Positions 1 through 11,972 of a DNA stretch of 64,000 nt are shown here, piece by piece. The position numbers and the translations under genes were made by a program. The stretch covers positions 1,024,221 to 1,088,220 of the forward strand of contig CP129477.1 in assembly GCA_030583825.1 (NCBI GenBank), read 5' to 3'. Every line of letters begins with the position of its first letter. Within the stretch, counting starts at the first letter, position 1. The DNA comes from Candidatus Dojkabacteria bacterium. Its GTDB lineage: Bacteria; Patescibacteriota; Dojkabacteria; GCA-002793355. Under the pieces are notes generated by a model. It did no database searches. It was not told the DNA's origin and saw only the letters and a list, made by a program, of their open reading frames with translations.

Positions 1-11
1 GGTTCAAGTCG

Positions 12-2892
<2,881 letters not shown>

Positions 2893-2905
2893 AGTAGCCT
2901 TATTT

Positions 2906-3133
2906 TTACTCCTTAAGAAGCGGTTTGAAAAGATCAAAAACTGCTTCCTGTTTTTCTTCTTCAACAAACTGCTTGATATACTGTGACAGATTTTCCTGCG
3001 TTTTAATCTTTCGTTTGGCATATTGCTCAAGGCCACCTTTCTTTGTATCTTCTAAAATTCCTTTAGGTAAAAGATATTCAGCTTGGTGCAATAAGAGAAG
3101 AAACTGTGGCCCAGGAGAAAGATTTTTGCGCAC
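2906..3133 (-). CDS. hypothetical small protein (75 aa), charged and helical
   Basis: This ORF sits alone in the gap between the convergent rmt-like and ANT-like genes. I have no homology for it, and it could be spurious. Confidence 0.2.
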   Translation of the reverse strand: MRKNLSPGPQFLLLLHQAEYLLPKGILEDTKKGGLEQYAKRKIKTQENLSQYIKQFVEEEKQEAVFDLFKPLLKE

Positions 3134-3237
3134 CGAGTGCCCAATCCCACGAATTAATTCTCCTACAAGGAACGCCCAGTAATTATGAGTATCACCTTCA
3201 TGTGGGAAATATGCCCACGGTAAGAGACCTTTATAAT

Positions 3238-3702
3238 TTATTTCGTATACCTGCTGTTCATGGTAATGAAGTGCTTCGGTATTTGTCCATACCTGAGCTC
3301 TGCATCTATGGCAAACTGTGAGTTGTACTCTGTATGAAATGAGAAGACTCCGACAGTTCTTTCAATTGGAGATAATCTCGGTTCTTTCTCATACGCATTT
3401 TCCACATCAATATCTCTTCCTGAAAAATATGAGAATTCAATATTTTTAAAAGCAGCACGTACTTCATCACACTTACATTCTGTTGCTAATTGACCGTTTT
3501 CTTTATATGTATAAAAGAGATCCACATCATTAGGTTCAAGCCCAGAAATAACATCTATTGCGCAACCTCCACGGCAAATAATGTCTACAATGTGCGGAAC
3601 TGCTCGATTGATCTTCTGTAAGTCGTTCGCAATAGCAGACACAATAGCTGAGTTTTGAGAAGAAACTAACCGTGTCGTTGCATTAATAATATAGTCGTTC
3701 AT
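3238..3702 (-). CDS. nucleotidyltransferase of the ANT(2'')-Ia / LnuA (lincosamide/aminoglycoside nucleotidyltransferase) type
   Basis: 154 aa. The block GGCAIDVISGLEPNDVDLFY matches the GGWGVDxLxG...DIDI nucleotidyltransferase signature of LnuA/ANT(2''). Its size also fits, since that family runs about 160-180 aa. Confidence 0.55.
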   Translation of the reverse strand: MNDYIINATTRLVSSQNSAIVSAIANDLQKINRAVPHIVDIICRGGCAIDVISGLEPNDVDLFYTYKENGQLATECKCDEVRAAFKNIEFSYFSGRDIDVENAYEKEPRLSPIERTVGVFSFHTEYNSQFAIDAELRYGQIPKHFITMNSRYTK

Positions 3703-4778
3703 ATCTTTACTTGTGATCTTTTCACGTAGTGTATACCTTTTTCAAAAAGAGTAACAGAAAATACAAGGAACATTGTTGCTACAGCAATAATTGCAGTATT
3801 TATCCAATAATTCTGCGGAAGATAGATATCGGTTGCCACAGTTACAATAGTGATGAAGAATGATTGCGTCGTATATACCACAAGAGATCTCTCTCCTAGA
3901 TATGTATACAATGTAACAAGAGACTTTGGTGCAAAACGCATAAATAGTTTTGCAAGAACAACCATAGCAGAAAGCCATACAGGGAATAGGGCAAGTCTTC
4001 CAAAAACGAGCATACCCTTTTCAAAGACGCGGATTCCAAAGAAAACAGGATCCGGAAACAATAGACTTCCTGCAATAATCAATATGGCGCAAATCATTAA
4101 AATTACTTGGATAAGATGACTTTTAGAAATATAGGAAACGATTTGTTTTACTTTTTCAAATTGGGCACCGCAAGCAATTCCAATAACAAAAAGAAATTGC
4201 CATGAGAATACATGGAAACTACTGACCTTTATTTCAGGAAGGACTTCGAGAAATGCTCCGGCCCATAAAAGAAAAGAACCTATCAGCGCCGGCCCATATA
4301 GCTTTTTTCTCAAAAGATAAATAATCGGAATCGCAAACACCAAACAATATATATACAAGGATAAAATATCTGCCCATCCATAGTAATGCTGTAATAAGAG
4401 AGATCTATAAACGATCTCGCCGATTACAGGTCTCCAATCTGGAGCAAATATGCCGCTTAATGGTAGCGAATTGAACCAGAATAGCCTTGAATATATGACC
4501 GTTAACACAATGGAAACAATATACAAAAGGCCAATCCTACGTAAAATTGACTGTGTCGTAGATAAGAATGATTTATGCGATTTGAATATGTAAATATATC
4601 CGAACATAAAGCCCGATATAAAAACGAACCCCTCAGCTGCAGATACCCATAACCATCCGTACCAGTTATAGAAGTAGAAAAGAGACGGCCCAAGAATTCC
4701 TCCCAGATGATCAAAGAGTATTGCGAAAAGAAAATGTCCTCTCAGGACATCAATTAATTGGATTCGTTGCTTCCCCAT
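3699..4778 (-). CDS. acyltransferase family 3 (OatA/OpgC-like) integral membrane protein
   Basis: 359 aa with about 10 predicted TM segments. The N-terminus, LIDVLRGHFLFAILFDHL, is characteristic of acyltransferase_3. Its start overlaps the stop of the upstream ANT-like gene. Confidence 0.6.
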   Translation of the reverse strand: MGKQRIQLIDVLRGHFLFAILFDHLGGILGPSLFYFYNWYGWLWVSAAEGFVFISGFMFGYIYIFKSHKSFLSTTQSILRRIGLLYIVSIVLTVIYSRLFWFNSLPLSGIFAPDWRPVIGEIVYRSLLLQHYYGWADILSLYIYCLVFAIPIIYLLRKKLYGPALIGSFLLWAGAFLEVLPEIKVSSFHVFSWQFLFVIGIACGAQFEKVKQIVSYISKSHLIQVILMICAILIIAGSLLFPDPVFFGIRVFEKGMLVFGRLALFPVWLSAMVVLAKLFMRFAPKSLVTLYTYLGERSLVVYTTQSFFITIVTVATDIYLPQNYWINTAIIAVATMFLVFSVTLFEKGIHYVKRSQVKI

Positions 4779-4909
4779 CAGCGAATGAATTAATATTGTG
4801 TTAAACCTAGAAGAACATTATACAACTTTGAGATGGAATGGCAAATTTTATTCCATGTTGCCGGGCTGGATTTCACCTTTAATTATTTTGTATCTTTCAA
4901 CCTTCTTCC

Positions 4910-5323
4910 CTATTTTGCGTCGAGCTCACCCATGAATTGCCAGGCATTACCTTCCGGATCCAGAAATGTACTTACATACCAGGGTAGCTCTTCTGAATAG
5001 AAAGGAGTTTTTTGTGGTGCAAGAAGAATTTCACACCCGGCATCTCTCACTGTTTCATACCATTTCTGGACACTATCAGTATACAAATTGTGCATGATAC
5101 GAACCGGCTCCTTACTTTTCCCTTTTACTTCAGAATGGCGGCCAATCCAAACTTTTTCACCCTTGTCAGAAATAAGAAGCATGTAGCCATAATCAGGAGC
5201 AATCTCGCCCTGCTGAGGAATATCGGTTTTTTCTTCTAAAGGAAGTTGCAACACATCTCGATAAAATTTCATAAGTTCGTCAGGATTTTCTGACCAAATA
5301 AGGATTCTTGTGCCTTTAAACAT
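4910..5323 (-). CDS. VOC-family protein (glyoxalase / bleomycin-resistance / dioxygenase fold)
   Basis: 137 aa. The N-terminus, ILIWSENPDELMKFYRDVLQL, has the typical VOC beta-alpha-beta-beta-beta start, and the size fits a single VOC module pair. Confidence 0.55.
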   Translation of the reverse strand: MFKGTRILIWSENPDELMKFYRDVLQLPLEEKTDIPQQGEIAPDYGYMLLISDKGEKVWIGRHSEVKGKSKEPVRIMHNLYTDSVQKWYETVRDAGCEILLAPQKTPFYSEELPWYVSTFLDPEGNAWQFMGELDAK

Positions 5324-5627
5324 TTGCTTACGTTGACATATTAACTATACATAAGTGTAACAGATTGTGATTATTAAGAGTAAAGGGTGATTGAGAGCAG
5401 AGACTACATTATTTAACGAAATGTTATTATAAATGTGGTTTCTGCCCTCTAAAAAATTAATGTCCTTGTTTCCCGTTTGTCTGTGATGTTGGTTTTTGAC
5501 CTTTTTTCTCTTTGCGCTTCTTTTCCTTTTTTGTTTTCTCTTTTTTATTTTGCTTTACTGTCACTAGAAACCTCTTTCCAATACGGGTCGCTAAAAGATA
5601 ACGAATTATACTAAATCTTCAGTTCGT

Positions 5628-6644
5628 ATGCATAATGTGCTCGCTTATTCATTCAAGATACCCCAATTTATGGATTTTTATAGCCAAAAATGGTATAATA
5701 CATTATACGGCAATCATATAGATACGCCGATTACTTATTTCCACATGGCAAAAACAAAAAACGCATCACCATTCAACATCCTTGTAGTTACCGCACCAAA
5801 AGCTATTTCATATATTCAACAAAAATTACTTCACGAAGAAAACATCTCCATAACCCATGCCAATCTCCATGATATTACGGTACTCCTTGATGGTAAACAC
5901 ATAACAATGCTCTGTAAAGGGAAACAACTTACTCACTATGATTTTGTATGGATTCAATCCGCTGGAATGACCAGAGATATTGCATATATGCTCTCACTTC
6001 ACCTTGACCTCCTTGAAATTCCACACACTCATCCAGAGCTGGAAATGACAAAAATTGTTGATCTTTTTTGGATGGCTCTGAGCAGGATTCCAATACCAAA
6101 AACATATTTCTGTTCGAAAGCAAAACTACTTGCACAGTTACCATACATTGCAAAAGAGCTTTCATACCCATTTCTTATAAAGGCCACTGTCGGATGGGGA
6201 GGAAATGATGTTCATATTATTCACAATGCTGCAGATTTCTTTAATATTGTGCCTGACCTCGCTGATAATAAGAAATACACTTGTCAAAAATTTATCCCCA
6301 ATACTTTTGACTATAGAATCCTCGTAGGAAACGGAGAAGTACTTTCGGGAGAAAAACGTATCAGAAAAGAAGATCCTTTTCGAAATAATGCTTCATTAGG
6401 AGCAGAAGAGGTGTTTCTCGATTTGAACGTAATCCCCGATGCTGTAAAAAAGATTGCAATTAATGCTGCAGAAGCCTTCGAATTATCCTGGGCAGGTATA
6501 GATATCGTTACAGACGCAAAAACTGGCAAACACTATGTTTTAGAAGTTAATAGACGTCCTGGACTAACAAAAAAGTCAACAGAAACATTGGCAGCAAAAA
6601 CATTTCTCAAAGGAATACGAGACGAATTTATTAATCGCTCTTAA
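5628..6644 (+). CDS. ATP-grasp ligase, RimK/LysX-like
   Basis: The ATP-grasp core is visible (KATVGWGGNDVHII...LEVNRRPG). The true start is probably the internal Met at 5745 (MAKTKNASPFNILVV). Confidence 0.6.
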   Translation: MHNVLAYSFKIPQFMDFYSQKWYNTLYGNHIDTPITYFHMAKTKNASPFNILVVTAPKAISYIQQKLLHEENISITHANLHDITVLLDGKHITMLCKGKQLTHYDFVWIQSAGMTRDIAYMLSLHLDLLEIPHTHPELEMTKIVDLFWMALSRIPIPKTYFCSKAKLLAQLPYIAKELSYPFLIKATVGWGGNDVHIIHNAADFFNIVPDLADNKKYTCQKFIPNTFDYRILVGNGEVLSGEKRIRKEDPFRNNASLGAEEVFLDLNVIPDAVKKIAINAAEAFELSWAGIDIVTDAKTGKHYVLEVNRRPGLTKKSTETLAAKTFLKGIRDEFINRS

Positions 6645-6681
6645 AGCAATATCAACCCTAGTAATTATTTTGAGATCTACG

Positions 6682-7179
6682 CTACTCTCCTGCTTCTGGA
6701 GGAACGTCTTCAGTTTTTGGCAACGACTCATCAAGTTCTAATGGAGAAGGTATAACTTCCGGAGCAGGTTTTCCAATTCGAACTGTTCGCTTGTCCGCAA
6801 TAAGGGTAAGAAGTTCGATAACTGTATCAAGTTTCTTGTTTAACTGCGCAAATAACTCTTTGTAGTCTTGATTATTATCTGAAGAATAGTTTGTTTTCTT
6901 GTCTTTGTTGCCTTCAAAGTAGTCACCAACATCGTTATAGCTTCTCTCATTTCTGTAATTATCTGGTCGGCCAAAACAATCATCGCAATATACAGGTTTT
7001 TCGCCTGTTGGTTTAAATGGAACTTCACATCTTTTACCACAGTTATCACAAATTGCGGAATACATTTTACGCTCACTCCTGTCATCTCTGCCATATTCAC
7101 GAGGTTTGAATCCACCACGACCTCCACGATCGTTTCGTCCACCGCCGCCAAATCTTTTACCGCCTGAAAAATTTCTCAT
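6682..7179 (-). CDS. RGG-box / zinc-ribbon protein (hypothetical)
   Basis: 165 aa. The N-terminus is Arg/Gly-rich (GGKRFGGGGRNDRGGRGGFKP). It is followed by ICDNCGKRCEVPFKPTGEKPVYCDDCF (CxxC-x15-CxxC) and then an acidic C-terminal half. Confidence 0.4.
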   Translation of the reverse strand: MRNFSGGKRFGGGGRNDRGGRGGFKPREYGRDDRSERKMYSAICDNCGKRCEVPFKPTGEKPVYCDDCFGRPDNYRNERSYNDVGDYFEGNKDKKTNYSSDNNQDYKELFAQLNKKLDTVIELLTLIADKRTVRIGKPAPEVIPSPLELDESLPKTEDVPPEAGE

Positions 7180-7252
7180 ATTGTTTGTGATTAAATATTA
7201 CTGTCAGTATAAGTGAAAGACAGGGGAATTGCAAAATTATCTATCGGTTCAG

Positions 7253-7630
7253 CTATTTTCTTGGATTCTTTATGCGAAATGCCACCATTCTTGTCACAAA
7301 ATCATAGGGAAAGGGTTTATCAAGAGGAAACTGAATTGTTCCTTTGAAATGCTTGTAATTTTGCAGTTCTGATGAAAATTCATTTTCCAAATCTTCAGCC
7401 AGAGGATATACACTTATATGTTTCGCATATGCTCCAATATAAATTACGTATTTCCCTCCAATTTCAAAAACAGGAATGCCATAACTAATTCTTTCAGTGA
7501 TTCGCGAATCCAGCTTCAGAATAATTTTGCGAAGCTTTTGTAATATTTCCTGTACTGCGGAAGGGAACTGTAAAATATATTCATCAACAGTTGTTGCTTT
7601 TGTTTTCTTTTGCAGAGATTCCATACACAT
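7253..7630 (-). CDS. DUF1801 (YdhG-like) domain protein
   Basis: 125 aa. TVDEYILQFPSAVQEILQKLRKIIL...YGIPVF...KHISVYP matches the DUF1801 pattern. Confidence 0.5.
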   Translation of the reverse strand: MCMESLQKKTKATTVDEYILQFPSAVQEILQKLRKIILKLDSRITERISYGIPVFEIGGKYVIYIGAYAKHISVYPLAEDLENEFSSELQNYKHFKGTIQFPLDKPFPYDFVTRMVAFRIKNPRK

Positions 7631-7692
7631 ACTAACAACTTAGTTATCCTTTATTATACAAGCTTTTCGGGTTAGTATTGCGACACCATAAG

Positions 7693-9717
7693 TTATTCTT
7701 CGAACTGACTGTTGTAAAGCTTTGAATAAAATCCATCTTTTTGAAGTAATTTTTTGTGTGTTCCCTGCTCTACGATGTTTCCTTGGTTCATGACAAGAAT
7801 TACATCTGCTTCTTTAATCGTAGAAAGACGATGGGCAATAATAAAGCTTGTTTTGCCGTCCATAAGCTTTTTCATGGCCTTCTGAATCAATATTTCTGTA
7901 CGGGTATCAACAGAGCTAGTTGCTTCATCTAAAATAAGCATTGGCGAGTCCGCAAGCATTGCGCGGGTAATTGTGAGTAGTTGTTTTTCTCCTTGAGAAA
8001 TATTGTCAGCAGACTCATTGATTTCCGTGTCGTATCCTTGTGGAAGAGATTCTATGAAATGATCTACATGTGCCATTTCTGCTGCGTGCTTTATTTCCTG
8101 TAGTGTTGCGTCAGGGTTTGAGTATGCAATATTTTCCTTTATTGTTCCCTTAAATAGCCATGTATCCTGAAGAACCATTCCAAAGAGCTTGCGCACATTT
8201 GAACGTTTTAATGTTGAAATATCTACGCCATCAATTTTAATCGAGCCCGAGTTTACTTCGTAAAAGCGCATTAGTAAATTGACCATTGTTGTTTTTCCTG
8301 CACCTGTTGGGCCGACAATCGCTACCGTTTGGCCCGGCTTGATATTCGCGGTAAACCCTTTAATAATTAATTTCTCTGGCTCATATCCAAACGTAACATT
8401 TTCAAATGAAACTTCTCCTTTGATTTTTCTCGCGTCTAGTTCACCTGCTTTATCGGTGGACTCTTCTGCTTCTTCTATAAATTCAAAAACTCGTTCTGAA
8501 GATGCAACAAGCGATTGCAGAACATTTGCAATATTGGCGGTTTGAATAATCGGCTGGTTAAATTGCTGTAAATATTGAATAAATGCTTGAATATCACCAA
8601 TATTTATTCGACCTTCAATAGCTAATTTACCTCCAAGTACTGCAATACCGACATATCCGATATTTCCAATAAAGCTCATTACTGGGAACAATAAACCGGA
8701 AAGAAACTGTGATTTCCAACCGCTGTTATGTAACTCTTTGTTAATCTTTGTAAATTTCTCCAGAGAGCGAGCTTCCGCATTAAAAGCTTTCACCACAGTG
8801 TGACCTCCATACATTTCTTCTATGTGTCCATTCATGTCACCAAGAGTTTTTGATTGCATTGTGAAAAACTTCTGCGACTTTTTGATAATGACTCCGGTAA
8901 CAATTAAACTTGCCGGCAATACCAGAAGCGCGACAATCGTCATAAGCCAGTTGATTGAAAACATCATGATTAAAATTCCAATAAGCGTTGCAATTGAGGT
9001 AATTAACTGAGACATACTTTGGTTCAATGTCTGACTGATCGTATCAATATCATTTGTAATACGGCTTAAAATATCTCCATGGGTATTTGTGTCAAAATAT
9101 CGCAACGGAAGACGATTAATTTTTTGTGAAACATCTCTACGAAGCTTGAATGTTACATCTTGAGACACTCCGGACATTATCCAGCCCTGAATGTAGCTGA
9201 AAAATGCACTAAGTAAATAAAGACCAATGAGCCACAACGCAATTTGTCCAATGACATCAAATCTAAATTCCGGCTTTACAGTAAGGTCAAGAGATTTAAG
9301 CTTTTCCAAGCGATCTTCAGGGATTTGCTGTAGTTGTTCAGGAGGAATAAACTTTAGCATAACTTCTCCTTTTGTCCCTGGAGGAAGTTCCATTCCTTGA
9401 GGTAGTTGCTCGCGTGCTTGAGTGTAGATTGTAATGTTTATGTAATCTTCAACAATCTGATTTGTAATATTTCCAAGAATTTTAGGACTAACAATCGTAA
9501 AAACTGTGCTCGCAATTGCAAAAATAACAACGGCAATCATTTTTCCCCAGTATGGACGGAGGTAACCAATTAGCTTTCTCAATGTGCCCTTAAAATCTTT
9601 CGCTTTTGCTCCCATAACTATTCCGCCGCCCATCATTCCTCCAGGGCGTCCTCCCATTGGCATTATCGGACGCTGTTCTTTTTTCATCGTGCTCATACTA
9701 TTTATTACCTCCAACAA
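7693..9717 (-). CDS. ABC exporter, fused permease/ATPase subunit (heterodimeric multidrug/lipid exporter type)
   Basis: 674 aa. Six TM helices, then Walker A GPTGAGKTT, the ABC signature LSQGEKQLL and Walker B LILDEATSSVD. Confidence 0.85.
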   Translation of the reverse strand: MLEVINSMSTMKKEQRPIMPMGGRPGGMMGGGIVMGAKAKDFKGTLRKLIGYLRPYWGKMIAVVIFAIASTVFTIVSPKILGNITNQIVEDYINITIYTQAREQLPQGMELPPGTKGEVMLKFIPPEQLQQIPEDRLEKLKSLDLTVKPEFRFDVIGQIALWLIGLYLLSAFFSYIQGWIMSGVSQDVTFKLRRDVSQKINRLPLRYFDTNTHGDILSRITNDIDTISQTLNQSMSQLITSIATLIGILIMMFSINWLMTIVALLVLPASLIVTGVIIKKSQKFFTMQSKTLGDMNGHIEEMYGGHTVVKAFNAEARSLEKFTKINKELHNSGWKSQFLSGLLFPVMSFIGNIGYVGIAVLGGKLAIEGRINIGDIQAFIQYLQQFNQPIIQTANIANVLQSLVASSERVFEFIEEAEESTDKAGELDARKIKGEVSFENVTFGYEPEKLIIKGFTANIKPGQTVAIVGPTGAGKTTMVNLLMRFYEVNSGSIKIDGVDISTLKRSNVRKLFGMVLQDTWLFKGTIKENIAYSNPDATLQEIKHAAEMAHVDHFIESLPQGYDTEINESADNISQGEKQLLTITRAMLADSPMLILDEATSSVDTRTEILIQKAMKKLMDGKTSFIIAHRLSTIKEADVILVMNQGNIVEQGTHKKLLQKDGFYSKLYNSQFEE

Positions 9718-11464
9718 TAGCTAATTCTTTTTCACTTAATTGTGACTGCGCAATTTCCTGATAAACTTCCGACGTTTTCATAAGTTCCGCGTGAGTTCCC
9801 TGTCCAACGATTTGCCCTTCGTTAAGCACTATAATATTATCTGCATTCATAATTGTGCTTACTCTTTGAGCCACAATAATAACTGTTTTTCCTTTAGTTT
9901 TTTCGGAAAGTGCCTTGCGTAACGTTGCATCAGTTTTAACATCTAATGCAGAAAAACTGTCATCAAAAATGAATATATCGGGATCTTTGGCAATCGCTCG
10001 CGCAATGTTTACTCTCTGTTTTTGTCCACCCGATAGGTTTGTTCCGTCTTGTGCAACAGCTGTTTCGTATTGTGCTTCGAATCTTTCAATAAACTCTTTT
10101 GCTTGCGCAATATCTGCAGCTTGTTTCATCTTCTCTTCTTGAATTTCAGCTTCACCAAAAAGAATATTGCTTTGTATCGTGCCTGAAAAAAGTACTGCTT
10201 TTTGCGATACATATCCAATTTTTTCTCGGAGAGCGTTTTGAGAAACACTTTTTACATTCACACCGTTTACAAGCACTTCACCACTTGTGGCATCGAAAAA
10301 TCTTGGAATCAAGTTTACAATTGTTGATTTACCACTTCCGGTACTTCCAATTATTGCTGTCACTTGTCCTCGGTTGGCAGTAAAACTAATATCTTTTAGC
10401 ACCGGTGTTTCTGCATTGCCGTAAGAAAAATCTACATGTTTAAACTCCACTTCACCTTTTTTTGCCTCGATAAAGTCGGCGGGAACAAGGGGATCTGTAA
10501 TTTTTAGTTGTGTCTCCAGCACTTCTGATATTCGTTTTGCAGAGATAATTGCTCGAGGGATCATAATAAATACGAACGATAGCATTAAGAACGAAATAAT
10601 AACCTGCATTGCATACTGCATAAATGCAAGCATGCCTCCAATTTCCAGGTTTCCATCAGCAATATGATGTGCACCAACCCAAATAATGGTGATTGTTGTT
10701 AGGTTAAGGATTAAAAACATTATTGGCTGCATAAATACCATTGCTCTGTTTACAAAAAGATTTGTATTAGTCAGATCTGTATTTACCTGCTGGAATTTTT
10801 CTTCTTCTATTTTTTCTGTATTAAACGCGCGAATTACTCGTAATCCTGTTATATTTTCTCTTGCCGTGAGGTTTAGTTTGTCTGTAAGCTTTTGTAGTAG
10901 TTCAAACTTTGGAATCACAAGTGTAAAGAGAACTATAATAATGGTAATCAGCAAGGCCACCGATACCGCCATAATCCAGCTCATTGAAGGAGCAAGGTGA
11001 TATGCTTTAATAACTGCACCCACACCAGTTATCGGAGCCATAAGTACCATTCGAAAGATGAATATCAGTACCATTTGCACTTGTTGAATATCGTTTGTTG
11101 ATCGTGTGATAAGCGAAGAGATTGAAAAGTTGTTAAATTCAGCAAGAGAAAAACTTTCTACTTTTTCAAATACAGCTTTGCGAGCATCCCTTGCAAACGA
11201 AGTCGCAACCACAGCGGAAAAGAAACCTGCAAGAATTGTACAAACACCTCCAACCAATGCGACAAAAAGCATTTCTATCCCTGTATTGAGAATAAAACTC
11301 TCATTTTCTTTTACGATTCCTTCATTAATAATTCGTGCGAGATAATCTGGCAACTGTAGGTTTACGGTCACCTGCAAGTATGTCAAAACAACGATTGCAA
11401 TAATAAAGAGAATGTATGGCTTTAGATATTTGGAAAGTTTAATCATTCTTATTAAGTCCCTCAA
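9698..11464 (-). CDS. ABC exporter, fused permease/ATPase subunit (partner of 7693..9717)
   Basis: 588 aa. TM domain, then GSTGSGKST, LSGGQKQRV and IFIFDDSFSALD. It overlaps the downstream partner gene by 20 nt. Confidence 0.85.
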   Translation of the reverse strand: MRDLIRMIKLSKYLKPYILFIIAIVVLTYLQVTVNLQLPDYLARIINEGIVKENESFILNTGIEMLFVALVGGVCTILAGFFSAVVATSFARDARKAVFEKVESFSLAEFNNFSISSLITRSTNDIQQVQMVLIFIFRMVLMAPITGVGAVIKAYHLAPSMSWIMAVSVALLITIIIVLFTLVIPKFELLQKLTDKLNLTARENITGLRVIRAFNTEKIEEEKFQQVNTDLTNTNLFVNRAMVFMQPIMFLILNLTTITIIWVGAHHIADGNLEIGGMLAFMQYAMQVIISFLMLSFVFIMIPRAIISAKRISEVLETQLKITDPLVPADFIEAKKGEVEFKHVDFSYGNAETPVLKDISFTANRGQVTAIIGSTGSGKSTIVNLIPRFFDATSGEVLVNGVNVKSVSQNALREKIGYVSQKAVLFSGTIQSNILFGEAEIQEEKMKQAADIAQAKEFIERFEAQYETAVAQDGTNLSGGQKQRVNIARAIAKDPDIFIFDDSFSALDVKTDATLRKALSEKTKGKTVIIVAQRVSTIMNADNIIVLNEGQIVGQGTHAELMKTSEVYQEIAQSQLSEKELAIVGGNK

Positions 11465-11873
11465 GTATTTGATTTAAAATTCTAGTCAATTCTTTAACGT
11501 CATCTTCAGAAACAAATTTCAGCACAGAGTTAACTTTATCCATAAAGGTAAGACGCATTATACTCAGCTCCTTTTTGCCTTTATCACTGAGAGATAAATG
11601 AATAATTCTTCTATCGGAATCATTATTTTCTCTGACGATCCACCCATTACTTTGTAACCTCTCTATTAGCTGTGCAATTGCAGCAGAGGACATACAAAGA
11701 TCAGTAGCGAACTCACCAACGGTTACTTTTGGATTTTCATTGAGAAACCGTAGCGCATGAAATTGTAAAAATGTTGCTGCACGCTGTTCTTTGCTCATCT
11801 GATTCTTGGCAATAACATGCTTTCGCAACTTTAATATTGTTGCAATTAATTGTTCTGTTAATTCTTTTTTCAT
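11439..11873 (-). CDS. MarR-family transcriptional regulator
   Basis: 144 aa with a winged-HTH core typical of MarR (LTVGEFATDLCMSSAAIAQLIERLQSNGWIVRENNDSDRR). Its 3' end overlaps the ABC gene, consistent with one operon. Confidence 0.8.
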   Translation of the reverse strand: MKKELTEQLIATILKLRKHVIAKNQMSKEQRAATFLQFHALRFLNENPKVTVGEFATDLCMSSAAIAQLIERLQSNGWIVRENNDSDRRIIHLSLSDKGKKELSIMRLTFMDKVNSVLKFVSEDDVKELTRILNQILEGLNKND

Positions 11874-11905
11874 AACAACTTTCTGCTTTTTTTCTCAGAA
11901 ATACC

Positions 11906-11930
11906 TAGATATCTTATGCCATTAGATATG
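11906..11930. promoter_or_regulatory. candidate MarR operator: palindrome AGATATCT plus a second TAGATAT half-site 16 bp downstream
   Basis: The sequence cTAGATATCttatgccatTAGATATGt lies 35-60 bp upstream of the marR start (minus strand). Confidence 0.3.
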
Positions 11931-11972
11931 TATTGTCAACTATAGAGGGTAAAAAGACACATTATTACGGTA

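Noticed and set aside
6840-7151. 103-aa alternative-frame ORF inside the RGG/zinc-ribbon gene
   Set aside because: It is nested on the same strand in another frame, and the longer ORF carries the coherent Cys-ribbon motif.
8279-8545. Numerous 60-130-aa ORFs antisense to or nested in large genes (e.g. 8279..8545, 23480..23809, 31259..31732, 35018..35410)
   Set aside because: They lie in alternative frames of well-supported genes with no independent motif support, which is typical ORF-finder noise in AT-rich DNA.
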